Part shown: positions 40,382 through 52,483 of the stretch, one piece after another
Layout: each line of letters opens with the position of its first letter
How positions within the stretch are numbered: position 1 is the first letter of the stretch
NCBI GenBank assembly: GCA_963777605.1
Contig: CAVZRV010000027.1
Coordinates: 96,001-160,000, forward strand
Source of the DNA: an uncultured Acidobacteriota bacterium
GTDB taxonomy: Bacteria; Acidobacteriota; UBA6911; RPQK01; JAPXNP01
DNA length: 64,000 nt
Reading direction: 5' to 3'
Notes under the pieces: generated by a model
Databases searched by the model: none
Seen by the model: only the letters and a program-made list of their open reading frames with translations
Told to the model about the DNA's origin: nothing
Position numbers and translations under genes: made by a program

Positions 40382-42612
40382 TCAGAACCTCAGGTTATAG
40401 GTCCACTTCACCAGCAGGATCCGGTCGCGGGGCGCCAACTGGGGCGAGTCGAAGCGGTCCTGGATCTCGTTATAGACGATATAGAGATCGCTTCCGGGCC
40501 GGTATTCCCAGCCCATCAGGAAATTCGCCGAGAACCGGTCCTCCAGGTTGTTCCACTGGAGATAGGATTTGACAAAGAGATCGGTGGTGAAGGCGTAGAG
40601 GATGCGGTTGCTCAGCGTCGTCGTGTTGAAATCCGACTGGGGGTGGTTGATGGTGTTGTAAGTGTAGATGAAATCAACCGACAGGTTGGCGGTCGGGTGG
40701 AAGTTGTTGGAAAAGAGCAACTGCTTCCGCTTGCCGGTCCAGTAGTTCATGTCGCTGTAGTCGACCACGAACGAGAGCGGTCGGCTCGCGTTGGTCTGGA
40801 ATTTGATGTTGTGACTCCGGTTCTCATAGTCGCCAGGGCCGATCGTAATCGGACCTACGCTGAACGGATCGTAGATCCGTTCCCGCGCCGGACCATAGGT
40901 GTACGTGGCGATATCATTCGACTCCAGTGTCAGCTTGACTCCGGCCGTGCCGCGGCGCCCATAAAAATCCTGGTTGTAGCGGGTTTCGTAGATGAATGAA
41001 CCGAAATACTGGATATTCCGGATCCCCTTTCGGTTGATCCATTGAGTGTAGTCAGCAATCAGGGAAGTACCCTTCAAATCGTTTTGACGGACAAATCCCA
41101 TCTCAGGCACAAAATCCGGTCCAATAGCGTAGTAGCCCAGGTTGGCCGTAATGTCCTGCTGCGAAAACAGCAGTCGTCCCACTCCGAGAATGTCCCCCTC
41201 GACGCCGGAGGGATTAAATGTCTTGGCAAACAGTGCTTCTCCCTTGAGTGCCGGACTGAACCAGAAATTGCCGTCGAAGCCCAGTAACCGACTGAAATCC
41301 GAATTGCTCGACTGGTTATTGGTGAGGATCGCCCCGATACTGCTGTTCGTCAAGATGTCCCGTTTCACTCGCGCAACGGTGTAGTTGGTTGACGGTTCGT
41401 AATAGCTGGTGCCGTCGGGAAGGGTCAAGTCGGACGCTCTCGGTCTGGACGTTCATCACTCCGAGAGAATAGGGGCCGGCCCTCCCGGACAGCTTCCCGG
41501 CTGCCAGAATCGGGACTTCCTGCCCCTGCGAAAGCCCTATTCGGCGGCTGTAGAACATCATCGCCTCTTCCTCGTATCCCACATTGAACAGCCCGGCATT
41601 TTCCAGAAAGAACTCTCGCTTTTCAGGGAAGAACAAAGGGAACCGGGTGAAATTGATGACTTCCTGATCGGCCTCCACCTGGGCGAAGTCGGTTCGAATC
41701 GAGAGGTCCCCGCGCAGGTTTGGCGTGAAATCATAGTGACGTCTCCGCCCGACGTTGGATTTCCGATTCCGACGAATCGGGCCGGTAACGCTTTTCGCCG
41801 CCGGCCAGCACGTACGGTTCAACCTCCCACTTGGCATAGGCCTCACTCGTACGGATTCCGACCAGTTGCCCGAAGAACTCTCCTCGCCAGGTGCCGTGAT
41901 GGCCCAGATCCCGCGGGATCGGAGCCCAGTAAACCGATTCCTGTTTCCGACGAATCGCCCGGCTGATGTTGAATCCCCAGGTCATGGGTTGCTGGCCCCC
42001 GAAACGAAGCGTCGAAAAGGGAATGCGATATTCGGCTGTCCATCCGTCATCGGTGATCCGGGCCTTGGCCTGCCAGATTCCGTTCCAGGCGGTGTTGTAG
42101 GAACGGGCATCGGTAACGATTCCATCCCGACGGGTGCCCAGGGCATTAGTCGAAAAATAGTAGAAGTTCCTGTGATCGTGGTAGGTATCGAGATAGAGCC
42201 CGACGTAATCGTCGTTGGACAGAGGGGCATCGCGACGCATGTCCATGGTCACGATTCCCGAAGGATTCGAATCGTGGCAGATTATCCCGAAGTAAAGGGC
42301 CTCCTCATCCTGGACAACTCGGACTTCCGTCTCTTCCGTGGCCGGTTCCCGATCAAGCGGGTCCCTCTGCCAGAACTTGGTCGCAGCTTCTGCGTTCTTC
42401 CAGATCGGCTCGTCGAGAACGCCGTCCACCTTGATGGTCTGTCCCCCGGGTATGACGTGGAGCACCAGTTCGTCGGGTGTCGGAAGATCGCTCCGGTCCT
42501 GCTCAGCGGAACCGCCAAAGAGTGGCAGCGACGCCATCGTCAGTAGTACCAGCCAAAAGAGCGCACTGTGAATGGAGGACGTTTCTTGTTTTGTCGGGAA
42601 GGCCAAGTTCAT
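40382..42612 (-). CDS. CBM9-like plus DUF5916-type outer-membrane protein, split in three frames
   Basis: VDGVLDEPIW, LDTYHD, WTAEYRIPF; DFAQVEAD, FFPEKREFFLE, YSRRIGL; C-terminal YRPGSDLYIVYN...KWTYNLRF; breaks near 41750 and 41420. Confidence 0.8.
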
Positions 42613-42823
42613 CTACGAGGTGCTCCGATTGCATGAGGGCTTCAGCATTAGTCAGCAGTCATCAGCAAGAGGTGTCCCGAGCCACAAATTGGCATGCACC
42701 TGCGGATTCCTGGCTCAGGGCACCCGCCATAATCTCACCATTGGCGCTTGCTTTAAAGTCTCGCCAGCCGGGAGAGGCTGTCCCAGAATTCTCGGTCGCT
42801 TCCTAAGCGGTAAGGATGGCAGC

Positions 42824-43313
42824 TCAGTAAAGCCGTTCCGGATTGGCAGCGCCCCACTGGCAGAAGAGTTGATCGACTTCGGACCGTAAAACCCCGGAGA
42901 CAATTCTCACCGGGGAGCCGCCGATCTCCTTCATCTGCTCGTTGGATATGGTCAGTTCGGAGAATCCCAACTTTCTTGCATCCGCTATGAAATTCCCGAA
43001 CACGATCCGATCGATCTTCGCCCAGTGAATTGCGGCAAAACACATGGGGCAAGGTTCGGTCGTGCGAGTAGATCGTGGAGCCTGTGAGGTCGATCGTTCG
43101 AAGCTTCCGTTCCGCCACACGGATCGCGTGGACTTCCGCGTGAAGCGTCGAGTCGGTCTCCCTCCATACCGCGTTGTGCTCGCAAGCGACCACCACCCCA
43201 TCCTTGACGATACAGGCCGCGAACGGCGCCTGCCCGTTCGCACCACCCTCGCGCGCTTTTTCGAGTGCCATCCGCATGAAGTCTTCATCGCGAAACACGG
43301 CCATTTCTTTCAT
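42824..43313 (-). CDS. Zinc-dependent nucleoside/guanine deaminase (cytidine deaminase fold); frameshift near 43065
   Basis: HAEVHAIR in one frame, EPCPMC..AIHWA in the next. Confidence 0.85.
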
Positions 43314-43344
43314 ATTCCTGCTCCGCTGAGTTAAAAGCACAGCT

Positions 43345-44628
43345 TCAGAACCGCTGATGGGCCCCGGGCAGGCCATTATGGAACTGGATCGAAATTGCGG
43401 CAAGCACCAGGGGAATGACAAGCACAAGAATAAGAATGATCCAGCTTTCCCGTAAAGTCAGCCCTGTCACTCCGGATCCCCGTAGGGGAAGTGTGCTACT
43501 CCGCCCATAAACGACCAAGACAAGCACCAGGATCAGCCAGTAGATCGCCTGTTCAGACTGGCCACCGAAGCCGACCCAGAAAACGGCCTTGCGGACGTGG
43601 CTGAGGAGGAGGAAACCAAACAGAGAGCTCCAGAACGCCAGGGAAGAGACCCTCCTCCCGGCATTCGAGCGGGATGCTGCGACAATTGCCGCTGTCAGCA
43701 GCAGTACCACCAGTCCAACTCCAGCCCACCGTTGGCTCATCGCGATTGCTTCAGCATTCCCGACCCCGAGGCGCCGCGCCTGGTCCACGAGGCCCGAGCC
43801 GCCGAATGACTGGACGAGATTGATCACCGGCAGCAGACCGAGCAGAACCATCAACGACAAGCCGTTGGCTGCCCGGGTCGATCCGGGAGCATCGGGCCAG
43901 CGATTGGTGAACAGCCCGATCGCGATCCCCACCCCGCCGCAGGCCCCAAGAGTGAACTCCATGACGTTCCACCAGTTGAAGGCCAACCCGCTGGCGGTTC
44001 CCAATGTCTGAAAGAAATTCCCCAAAGCAAACCCAAGACCCGCACCGGCCGCCGTGAAAAGGGCCAGCCGCAGAGATCGCGGAAACCCCTCCCGATAGAG
44101 GTACCACCCCAGCATGACCGCCGCACCGAGGCAGGCCGCCCAGAGTTCACTTCGAGGCGGCGTCATCAGCCATCCGAACTGGCGAATCAGGATCCCCCAC
44201 CCCAGAACTCCGCCTGCCACCATTTCTGCGACCAGGGAAGGCCATCGGGCCGGGTTCTCCTGACTCGGCTCGAGACAAAGCCCCAGAAATCCTCCCCCGA
44301 TGAAGCCGTAGAGGCCTCCTACGACGACGAGCATGGCGAGCCCGTACCAGACATTCGCAAAGTCGGTACCCCGCCCGTAGCCAACCACGATCCCGTAGCT
44401 CATGATGCCGCCGACTCCCCAGCCGATCCCGCCAAGTGCGCCCGCGACCGGGATCCTCCCGCACCAGTCCCGCCGTCCCGAAACCAGGAGTGCCGCCATC
44501 ACGCCGAGCGAACCCGCCCAGGCCGCTCCATATTCATGACCGAAATGGCCCCGGAACGCCCACGACAGGCCCAGAACCAGACTGACGAAGAGAGTCCGCC
44601 AGAACATCATTTCCCGGGACAGTATCAA
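43345..44628 (-). CDS. Polytopic membrane protein of unknown function
   Basis: Many Gly-rich hydrophobic segments; WAFRGHFGHEYGAAWAG, MSYG and WWNVME motifs. Confidence 0.75.
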   Translation of the reverse strand: MILSREMMFWRTLFVSLVLGLSWAFRGHFGHEYGAAWAGSLGVMAALLVSGRRDWCGRIPVAGALGGIGWGVGGIMSYGIVVGYGRGTDFANVWYGLAMLVVVGGLYGFIGGGFLGLCLEPSQENPARWPSLVAEMVAGGVLGWGILIRQFGWLMTPPRSELWAACLGAAVMLGWYLYREGFPRSLRLALFTAAGAGLGFALGNFFQTLGTASGLAFNWWNVMEFTLGACGGVGIAIGLFTNRWPDAPGSTRAANGLSLMVLLGLLPVINLVQSFGGSGLVDQARRLGVGNAEAIAMSQRWAGVGLVVLLLTAAIVAASRSNAGRRVSSLAFWSSLFGFLLLSHVRKAVFWVGFGGQSEQAIYWLILVLVLVVYGRSSTLPLRGSGVTGLTLRESWIILILVLVIPLVLAAISIQFHNGLPGAHQRF

Positions 44629-44672
44629 AGTCCCCCCGGCAACTCCCCGTAAAGCCGTGTAGACTCTCGAGG

Positions 44673-47022
44673 ATGACCAGATCGGAGCGACGGCAGGCAG
44701 AGTGGAGGATCAGCTGCTTGACCATTCTCGCCCTGTTTGCATTGCAGGCAGTCGCCTGCACGACCGCATCGGGCCCGGAACCGGGTCCCGGAGCGCCCCG
44801 GGGGCTCCTCTGCGAACTCCTCCGCCGGCCTGACGATGCGGTGATCACGGACCGGAACCCGGAATTCAGCTGGGAGGTGAATGACTCCGCGCCGCGGCGC
44901 CCGCCAATACGCTTACCGGCTCCTGGTGTCCTCGGAGCGAACATTACTCTTGTCGGACCGGGGTGACCTGTGGGATTCGGGACGGGTTGAATCCGGTCAG
45001 TCAGCGTCCGTGGAATACCAGGGGAAGGAATTGCGCGCCGGCGAAGCCTGCTGGTGGAAAGTCCGGACCTGGGACGCGGCGCGCACGCCCGGCCCGTGGT
45101 CCGAAGTCCAGGAATTCAGGATCAGCCCGCTGGCCCGCCAAAGTCACCAGTGGCCCGGCGAGAGCCGATGGGCCCAGCTTCCGAACGACCGCTGGGTTCT
45201 CGAGAATCGGCAAAGAGCCGACTTCAAAGAACTTTCCCCGAAGTCCCTGGTCCAACTCGGAACCGGCCACTATTTCATCGACTTCGGGAAGGCCGCTTTT
45301 GCCACCCTGCGGCTTCGCCCACAGGGCGTGACCAGACCGACCACCGCCGTTGCATTGTTGGGAGAGCGTGCAACGAAGGAGGGAAGAGTGGACACCCACC
45401 CGGGCCGCTCCAACATCGGTTTCAGCCGGGTCGAAGTGGATCTGGCGCCGGGAAGGAGTGACATCGTCGTCAAACTGCCCCGCCATGACTCCCGGTTCCC
45501 GCACAGCCAAGCCCTCCCCAGGCAGTTTCCCGAAGTCACGCCCTTTCGATATGTCGAAATCGAAGGGTGGCCGACTGAACTGAACCGGGACGACATTCGA
45601 CAGCTTGCGCTCTTTCACCCGTTCGATGAGAACGCGTCTTCCTTTCGGTGTTCGGACGAGCGGCTGAATGAGGTCTGGGACCTGTGCAAGTACACCCTCA
45701 AGGCAACCCCGTTCCTCTCCCTATATGCCGACGGGAACCGGGAACGGATGCCTTACGAGGCCGACTCTTACATCCAGCAACTGGGACACTACGCGGTCGA
45801 TCGCGAGTTCGCCGTCGCCCGCTACACCAACCAATTTCTGATCTGGCATGCCACTTGGCCGACAGAGTGGCAGATGCAGACGATTCTCTCTGCCTGGGCG
45901 GACTTTGTGGCGACGGGCGACCCTGAGCATCTCGAAGCGAACTATGACGAACTGAAGCCGAAGACCCTCCTCGACCTGGCACGGGACGACGGACTGGTCA
46001 GTACCCGGACCGGCCGGGTGACGCAGAGTCTTCTCGACCGACTGCACTTCTCCGGGAAAGAGCTGGTGGACATCGTCGACTGGCCGGCCGGGACACCGGC
46101 AGGAGAACGCCAGGCATCGAACCGGGGGCCCACTCCCGAAGGAGAAAGGGATGGCTTCGATTTCCGTCCGGTGAACGCGGTGGTTAACGCGTTCCACTAC
46201 CGATCGCTCAAGCTCATGGAAAAGGTCGCCGCCCTCCTGGGCCGGGACAGTGACCGGGATTTCTTCGCCCGCAGATCTGCGATGGTAAAGCATTCATTTC
46301 AAGAGGCTTTCTTCGAAAAGAACCGTAGGATCTACGTTGACGGGGAGGGATCCAGTCATGCCTCGCTCCATGCCAACATGTTCGCCCTCGCACTCGGGCT
46401 CGTGCCGGACCAGTACCGGGAATCGGTGGTTCGGTTCGTGCTCGGACGCGGCATGGCCTGCAGCGTTTACGGTGCCCAGTATCTCCTCGAAGCCCTCTAC
46501 GACAACGGACAGCCACAGGCTGCACTCGACTTGATGCGGTCGGATAGCCGTCGGAGCTGGTTGAACATGATCCGGGTTGGTTCCACCATGACCACGGAAG
46601 CCTGGGACGAGTACTACAAGCCCAACTCGACCTGGAACCACGCCTGGGGTTCGGCTCCAGCCAACATCATTGCCCGCAAGCTCATGGGGATCGAACCCCT
46701 CGAGCCCGGATTTAGAAAGATCCGGATCCGTCCTCAGCCCGGAGACCTCGACTGGGCAAAGATCCGGGTGCCCACAATTGCGGGTACCGTCCAGTGTTCC
46801 TGGCAGAGGACGGCCCAGCAGGGCTTCGACCTCGAGATCGTCATTCCCGCCAACACCAGCGGTGAGATCTGGATACCCTGCGGCACGCAGGGCCTGCATC
46901 TCGATGGAGACCGTCCGATCTCATCAGGAAACCACGTGCAGGTGCTCCGAACGGATCGTGACCTGACCGTCTGCTCGATCGAATCCGGACGCTATCGCTT
47001 TCAGGGGCGGATTTCTCAGTAA
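44673..47022 (+). CDS. Alpha-L-rhamnosidase-like glycoside hydrolase (GH78), secreted; frameshift near 44890
   Basis: N-terminal PRGLLCE...PEFSW joins QYAYRLLVSS; DGNRERMPYEAD, TTEAWD and NHAWG motifs. Confidence 0.85.
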
Positions 47023-47278
47023 GCCACTGCTTTGGCGCACACCTTTTTGAAATGGCGGGACCGCCCGCTTCCGGCCTAATCCCTTCCGCCAACAGTGACG
47101 ATGATTAAAACTTGAGTGCATTGGTGGAAGAACCATCTCTCGAACCATTGCCATTGCCGTTTCCGGGTCGGTTGGGAGTTGGGACGGCACTCCAGGATTT
47201 TCAGGACTCCAATTCGTAACCATTGCCGGGCCGGACATTTTCCGCCGTCGGGCAAATAGACCAAGCAAGTAGAAGCCA

Positions 47279-48025
47279 ATGAAACGCACATACGTCACCA
47301 AAATCGCACTCATCGTCATTCTCGCGAGCGTGTCCATCGCCGTCGGAGAGGAAAAACCACACTGGAATTACACGGGCGATGCGAGCCCGGCCCACTGGAG
47401 TGAGCTTTCGCCCGAATATGCAGCCTGCTCAAGCGGTAAGAGTCAGTCTCCAATCGACCTGGCCGGGTTCATCGAAGCAGACCTGCTACCGATAGAACTG
47501 ATCTATCCGGCCGGAGCGACCGAATTCGTCAACAACGGTCACAGCGTACAGGTGAATTTCCCGGCGGGCAACCAGCTCACGGTTGACAACACGGTGTACG
47601 AACTGAAACAGGTTCACTTTCACACTCCGAGCGAGAACCACGTCAACGGGAAATCGTACCCGGTCGAAGCGCACCTGGTTCATGCCGCCGCCGACGGCAC
47701 CCTGTGCGTTGTCGCGTTGATGTTCTCCGATGGGCCGGAAAACCTGTCAATCGCCCGACTCTGGGCGCAGATGCCGGAAAAGGCCGGCGACAAGACGACG
47801 CTCCGCACGGCTCTGCAGGCGACCAGCCTGCTGCCGTCCAACCTCGACTACTACCGTTTCGAAGGCTCCTTGACCACCCCTCCCTGCACAGAAGGAGTCC
47901 ACTGGCTTGTCCTGAAACACCCAGTCGAGATTTCTACGGCGCAGGTCGCGGAATTCGCCCACGTCATGCATCATCCGAACAATCGTCCCATCCAGGCAAA
48001 GAACGGGCGAAAAGTACTGAAATAG
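47279..48025 (+). CDS. cah: Alpha-class carbonic anhydrase, periplasmic
   Basis: Signal peptide; QSPIDL, QVHFHTPSENH, EAHLVH, GSLTTPPCTEGV and NNRPIQ motifs. Confidence 0.95.
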   Translation: MKRTYVTKIALIVILASVSIAVGEEKPHWNYTGDASPAHWSELSPEYAACSSGKSQSPIDLAGFIEADLLPIELIYPAGATEFVNNGHSVQVNFPAGNQLTVDNTVYELKQVHFHTPSENHVNGKSYPVEAHLVHAAADGTLCVVALMFSDGPENLSIARLWAQMPEKAGDKTTLRTALQATSLLPSNLDYYRFEGSLTTPPCTEGVHWLVLKHPVEISTAQVAEFAHVMHHPNNRPIQAKNGRKVLK

Positions 48026-48414
48026 ACTCGAGGCCGATGCGGTTCGAGTTGCCAACCGTGTCTGGAAGGAGTCCGATAGCGAAAGGATCGAGACTCGGGC
48101 TGCGGCGATCCGGCCAGCATGATCATCACTGACCGAAGAGCCCCGAATCCAACCGAGTGGTACTTGATCGGCAACGGCGATTTCTGGGACAGTGCTGAAG
48201 AAATTGGCTGCGTGAAATACCCTACTCGGCCCCTCACCTTGTTGCCGGTGCCAAACCCGACGCTTGAGGAATCCCAGGAAAGGTTCAACGGACTGGTCAA
48301 CAGGATGATGGAAGCAATCCGCTCCAGACAGGGCGCTGATCCCGCGGAGGAGCAGAGCCCTCCGTACAGCGGAGTTCGTTGACAGTGTGAAGAAGGAAAT
48401 CCAGGCCGACACGG

Positions 48415-49998
48415 CTATTCGCCGTCCTCGTCCGCATCGGCATCGCCCAAGCCGGACTCAAGTTGAAGCAGGCGGGCATCAATGTCCGCCAACAACCGCT
48501 CGTAGGTGTCCTGGTCAACGGTGCCCTGGTGGAAGGCGCTGATCACCCGGTTCTTCTCGGTAAGCAGCAGGTGGCGCCGGGCCCAGCCCAGTTCCTCCGC
48601 TTCGATCTGCGTACGTTTGAGGTGAAGCGCCTCGATCTGTTCGCCAATCTCCTGAGCCCTCTGCTGATAATCCGCCTTGAGGTCAGAGAGTAATTTCCGA
48701 TTCCCGAAATGGACCTGGCCCATCTGGTCCAACTCGGAAAGCGCGGCATTCACGGCCTGCAGTTTGCCTCGAGCGAACTGGTAGGATTCCCGATCGCCGC
48801 TTTCCTTCACAATCCCGAGTCTTCGCACCAGAGGCGACATCGTCATTCCCTGGCCCAGGATAGAGATCAGGACGACGCCGAAGGTGATCGTAACGAGAAG
48901 TTCCCGGTGTGGAAAGTCCGGGCCCAGGCTCAGTACCAAAACCATTGGAAGGCCGCCGCGCAGACCTCCCCAGATCAACACGAAGGTCCACGAAAGCGGA
49001 ATCCTCTCGCGAGTTGACCGCATCAGGGAGTAAACGGCAAAGATCACCAACCCGCGTCCGGCGGTGACCACAAGATAGGCAATCAGGATGATCTTCCAGG
49101 ACGCCAGCAGGCTCTGCAGGTTGACCTCAAAACCAATCAGCAGAAAAACGATCGAGTTCAGCGCGAACGCGACATACTCCCAGAATGTTTCCACTGCCAC
49201 CCGCGTACTGGGCGACATTCCGACCCGGGCCGCATAGTTTCCGCACAACATTCCCGCCGCTACCGTTGCGATGACACCAGAAAATCCAAAATGCTCGGCG
49301 GTGACGAAGGAACCATAGGCGGCGATCGTCGTCAGGGTCGTCTCGACCATGGGATCATCCACCTGCTTGACGATCTGCGAAACGGCCAGTCCTATGGCTG
49401 TGCCGATCAATGCTCCCAGTCCTGCAATGGTGACAAAATCCAGGACGAACCCGCCGACGGTGACCGCTGCTCCGGCAGCGATCGACAGACTCAATGTGAA
49501 GAAGACCACGGCGGTCCCGTCGTTCAAAAGGCTCTCGCCTTCAACCAGAACGCTCAGCCTTTTCGGAACGCCCAGACTCTTGAAGACTCCGACAACGGCA
49601 ATGGGATCGGTCGCAGAGATCAGCGCTCCAAATACGAGCGCGTACTCCCAGGTGAAGCCGGGCACCAAGTGGAATCGATCAACAACCGGGGTCAGAATGA
49701 GCACGGTCAGCGCAATCGCGGCGGCGACTCCCGGCACCGCGAGGGAAGCAATTGTCAACCTGTTGCGCCAGAACTGATTGAACTCGATATGGAAGGCCGC
49801 CTCGAACAACAAACCTGGCAGAAAGATGTAGAACAGGATCTCCTTGGTCAGGTGAGGGACGGCGAAAGCCTGGGTAATTCCCAACGCGAGGCCGGCCAGG
49901 ACCAGGGCAACCGTGTACGGCATGGCAAGCCGGCGCACCAGGATTGCGACTCCCGATGCCACCACGAAAAGGAGAATCAGGACGGTCTCACTCTCCAA
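48415..49998 (-). CDS. Na+/H+ antiporter, CPA1 (NhaP/NhaG-like)
   Basis: FLPGLLFEAA, ISATDPIAV, EGESLLNDG, SGVIA and WGGLRG motifs. Confidence 0.93.
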   Translation of the reverse strand: MESETVLILLFVVASGVAILVRRLAMPYTVALVLAGLALGITQAFAVPHLTKEILFYIFLPGLLFEAAFHIEFNQFWRNRLTIASLAVPGVAAAIALTVLILTPVVDRFHLVPGFTWEYALVFGALISATDPIAVVGVFKSLGVPKRLSVLVEGESLLNDGTAVVFFTLSLSIAAGAAVTVGGFVLDFVTIAGLGALIGTAIGLAVSQIVKQVDDPMVETTLTTIAAYGSFVTAEHFGFSGVIATVAAGMLCGNYAARVGMSPSTRVAVETFWEYVAFALNSIVFLLIGFEVNLQSLLASWKIILIAYLVVTAGRGLVIFAVYSLMRSTRERIPLSWTFVLIWGGLRGGLPMVLVLSLGPDFPHRELLVTITFGVVLISILGQGMTMSPLVRRLGIVKESGDRESYQFARGKLQAVNAALSELDQMGQVHFGNRKLLSDLKADYQQRAQEIGEQIEALHLKRTQIEAEELGWARRHLLLTEKNRVISAFHQGTVDQDTYERLLADIDARLLQLESGLGDADADEDGE

Positions 49999-50055
49999 AG
50001 AACTGTCCCAATGAGAACGGGGCCAGCGGCCGGACGGCCGCTGCCCCGATACGGA

Positions 50056-50373
50056 CTAAGCTGCGGACGGGTGATGTGGATGATGCATAGGCGCGGAAAG
50101 GTCCATGACGGCCACGATGAAGCCGAGAATAATGTTGTTCCAAAAGATCCCCATACCCATCGTTACCGGCGCAAGGAACGCCGAAACAATTAGCCATATT
50201 CCAATCAGTGCCGTAATCCAGGCCCGCCCAGGTACATCCTGAAGCATGGCGAACCCAAAAACGGCCAGTAACAATCCGGTCAGCAGGTTGGCCCACAGGT
50301 CACCTGTTTCTCCCATTCTCAGGAATGGGATCACCATTGTCCATAACCCTAAGAGTCCTGTTAGCCATTTCAT
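50056..50373 (-). CDS. Small SPW-repeat-like membrane protein with His-rich tail
   Basis: Two W...LG.W...S/P.F...WN..I.G repeats; ends MHHPHHPSAA; AAGGAG RBS. Confidence 0.7.
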   Translation of the reverse strand: MKWLTGLLGLWTMVIPFLRMGETGDLWANLLTGLLLAVFGFAMLQDVPGRAWITALIGIWLIVSAFLAPVTMGMGIFWNNIILGFIVAVMDLSAPMHHPHHPSAA

Positions 50374-50560
50374 AATAAGTCTCCTTAATTCATCATAGTT
50401 CATTCATTACTATGAGTGAATGCACCTTCCGTTCCGGTCGAAAAGGAGACCTCATCCGGCTAACTGGCCGTGTCAAGGGATACTCAGCTGCCGTTTCGGG
50501 CGGAACATCCTAAAGAGTGTGACATGATGGACCTTACGTGCCATTTCGCCACAGTCGTCA

Positions 50561-51580
50561 TCACTCCAGGTCCGCTACTTTGACAATGAGCTTTCCCAGG
50601 TTCTCACCGTCGAACAGCATATTGACGGCAACCGGAGCCTGCTCGAGTCCGTTCACGATGGTCTCGCGGTGCTTGACCCTGCCGGCAGCAACCCACTGGA
50701 CGAGTTGGGCAGTGGCCTCCGCAAAACGCTCCGCGAAATCGAGAATGATGAACCCGCGAACGCTGATTCGCTTCATCAGGACCAGAGAGAAATCGCCGAG
50801 TGCCGGTTCCTCGTCGTTGTAGCCCGAGATCAGTCCACAGAGCGGCATCCGGCTGAAGAGGTTCATCCGCTTCATGACCGCGTGCATGATTTCGCCGCCC
50901 ACGCTCTCGAAGTTCACGTCGATTCCGTTCGGGGTAGCCCGGGCGAGCTGATCCTGCCAGTTCTCGGCTTTTCGATCGACAGCAGCGTCAAATCCAAGTT
51001 CTTCGAGAAGGTAGCGGCACTTGTCCGTCCCTCCGGCAATCCCTACCGTTCGACAGCCCTTGATTGCCGCGATCTGCCCCACGACAGAGCCGACGGCACC
51101 GGCTGCCGCCGAAACCAGAACGGTTTCACCCTCCTCGGGGCGACCCAGTTCAAGGAATCCGAAGTAGGCGGTCAGACCCGTCATGCCGCAGGAACCAAGC
51201 ATGGCAGGGAGAGGAACCGGCAGGTCACGGGGGAGTGGTCTCATCGCCCGGGCACCTTCGTCGGCGACACAGTAGTCCTGCCATCCAGTCAGGCCGACTA
51301 CGAGGTCCCCCTCCCGGTACGACGACGACCTGGATTTCTGCACGACTCCAATACCTCCGCCCCGCATCACCTCGCCAAGCTCCACCGGCGGCATGTATTG
51401 TTCACGATCACTCATCCACACCCGGTTGGTCGGGTCGATGCTCAAGTAGAGAACCCGGATCACTGCTTCACCGGCGGCTGGCTCTGGAATCGGCACTTCA
51501 ATGAAGTCGAAATTCGATGTCCGGACACGACCCGAAGGCCGGGATTTGAGACGAAATTGGCGGTTGACTTTGCTCTTCAT
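50561..51580 (-). CDS. NADP-dependent oxidoreductase (PTGR/CurA-like, MDR family)
   Basis: YLSIDP, GMTGLTAYFG, VSAAAGAVGS and G.N.GK motifs. Confidence 0.92.
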   Translation of the reverse strand: MKSKVNRQFRLKSRPSGRVRTSNFDFIEVPIPEPAAGEAVIRVLYLSIDPTNRVWMSDREQYMPPVELGEVMRGGGIGVVQKSRSSSYREGDLVVGLTGWQDYCVADEGARAMRPLPRDLPVPLPAMLGSCGMTGLTAYFGFLELGRPEEGETVLVSAAAGAVGSVVGQIAAIKGCRTVGIAGGTDKCRYLLEELGFDAAVDRKAENWQDQLARATPNGIDVNFESVGGEIMHAVMKRMNLFSRMPLCGLISGYNDEEPALGDFSLVLMKRISVRGFIILDFAERFAEATAQLVQWVAAGRVKHRETIVNGLEQAPVAVNMLFDGENLGKLIVKVADLE

Positions 51581-52003
51581 GGCCCCTCCCTGGGTATATA
51601 GATAACCGCGACCGGGGAATTCGTTGGCCACAGGGCAAACCTCTGGCTCGTGCGTGCCACTGCTATCTCGATCGCAACTACCTCAGATACTGCCTGACTA
51701 CAACAGCATTATTGTGTGTCAAGTCGCGGGATGCAAAGAGGATCGTTACGCGCTTCTTCTCGGCGCGCCGGGCCAGTACCCTGATCCGCTCCCTGTGACA
51801 TGTTAACTCGGGAAGGAAGACTTGCCGCGCGGAATTCAATCGCCGAGGCGGAAGAATGCCAAGATGTCGCTTTTCTTGAACAAAACAGGACCTTGGAGGC
51901 CTTCGTGACATCGCATTGCGAATCAAAGTCTCCGGTGGGAATTTCAGGTCGGCAGATCGCGATTCGAAAACGGAGAGTCAACTGTGAGAGGATCTTGGAC
52001 GGC

Positions 52004-52483
52004 ATGAAACTCAGGCAAACAGTTCGTCGGTGGACCACTGCGCTTCTCGTAGCTGGACCTTTGCTGGTGGCTTTGGTGAATTGCGGAGGACCGAGTTCGC
52101 CTGCGATCGTTGACCTTTCCGACGGCCATGAAATCTCTGACTACCGACTGCTCTCCGTGAGTGGTTCCCGGGACGGAGACCGGCTTCCGGTTGAGATCGT
52201 GCTCGAGGGGCCTCACGGCAGTCTCTCACTGAAACTGCAATTCCAGGTCGGAGTCCCGACCCGGCTCGAGTCCGGCAGATACGAATGGACCCGCGACTCC
52301 GGCACACTTCAGGGCACGGTTCAAGAGCGCGCGGTCACGTTCCTTGGGGGGCAGTCCGATCGACCCAACCTTGGAGGAGCCTTCGAACTGCGAAGCGAAT
52401 CGGGCAAACCGCAGTTCAGAGTGACGATCCCCACCAGCCCCGTGACCAAACCGGAAGTCAGGGTACGACCCTCCAGGCGATGA
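52004..52483 (+). CDS. Hypothetical lipoprotein
   Basis: Basic N-terminus, hydrophobic stretch, LVN-C lipobox-like; beta-rich body. Confidence 0.6.
   Translation: MKLRQTVRRWTTALLVAGPLLVALVNCGGPSSPAIVDLSDGHEISDYRLLSVSGSRDGDRLPVEIVLEGPHGSLSLKLQFQVGVPTRLESGRYEWTRDSGTLQGTVQERAVTFLGGQSDRPNLGGAFELRSESGKPQFRVTIPTSPVTKPEVRVRPSRR

Noticed and set aside
42824-43313. Programmed frameshifting or an editing/defence role for the deaminase
   Set aside because: No slippery heptamer or stimulatory structure at the break, many similar indels across the window, and no defence-gene context.
48119-48382. 87-aa ORF between the carbonic anhydrase and the antiporter
   Set aside because: Plausible composition but no RBS or recognisable motif. 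It may be a gene remnant, and I cannot support it without a homology search.
51645-51660. Sigma54 promoter upstream of the NADP oxidoreductase (TGGCACGCACGAGC)
   Set aside because: GG-to-GC spacing is 9 rather than the required 10 nt.
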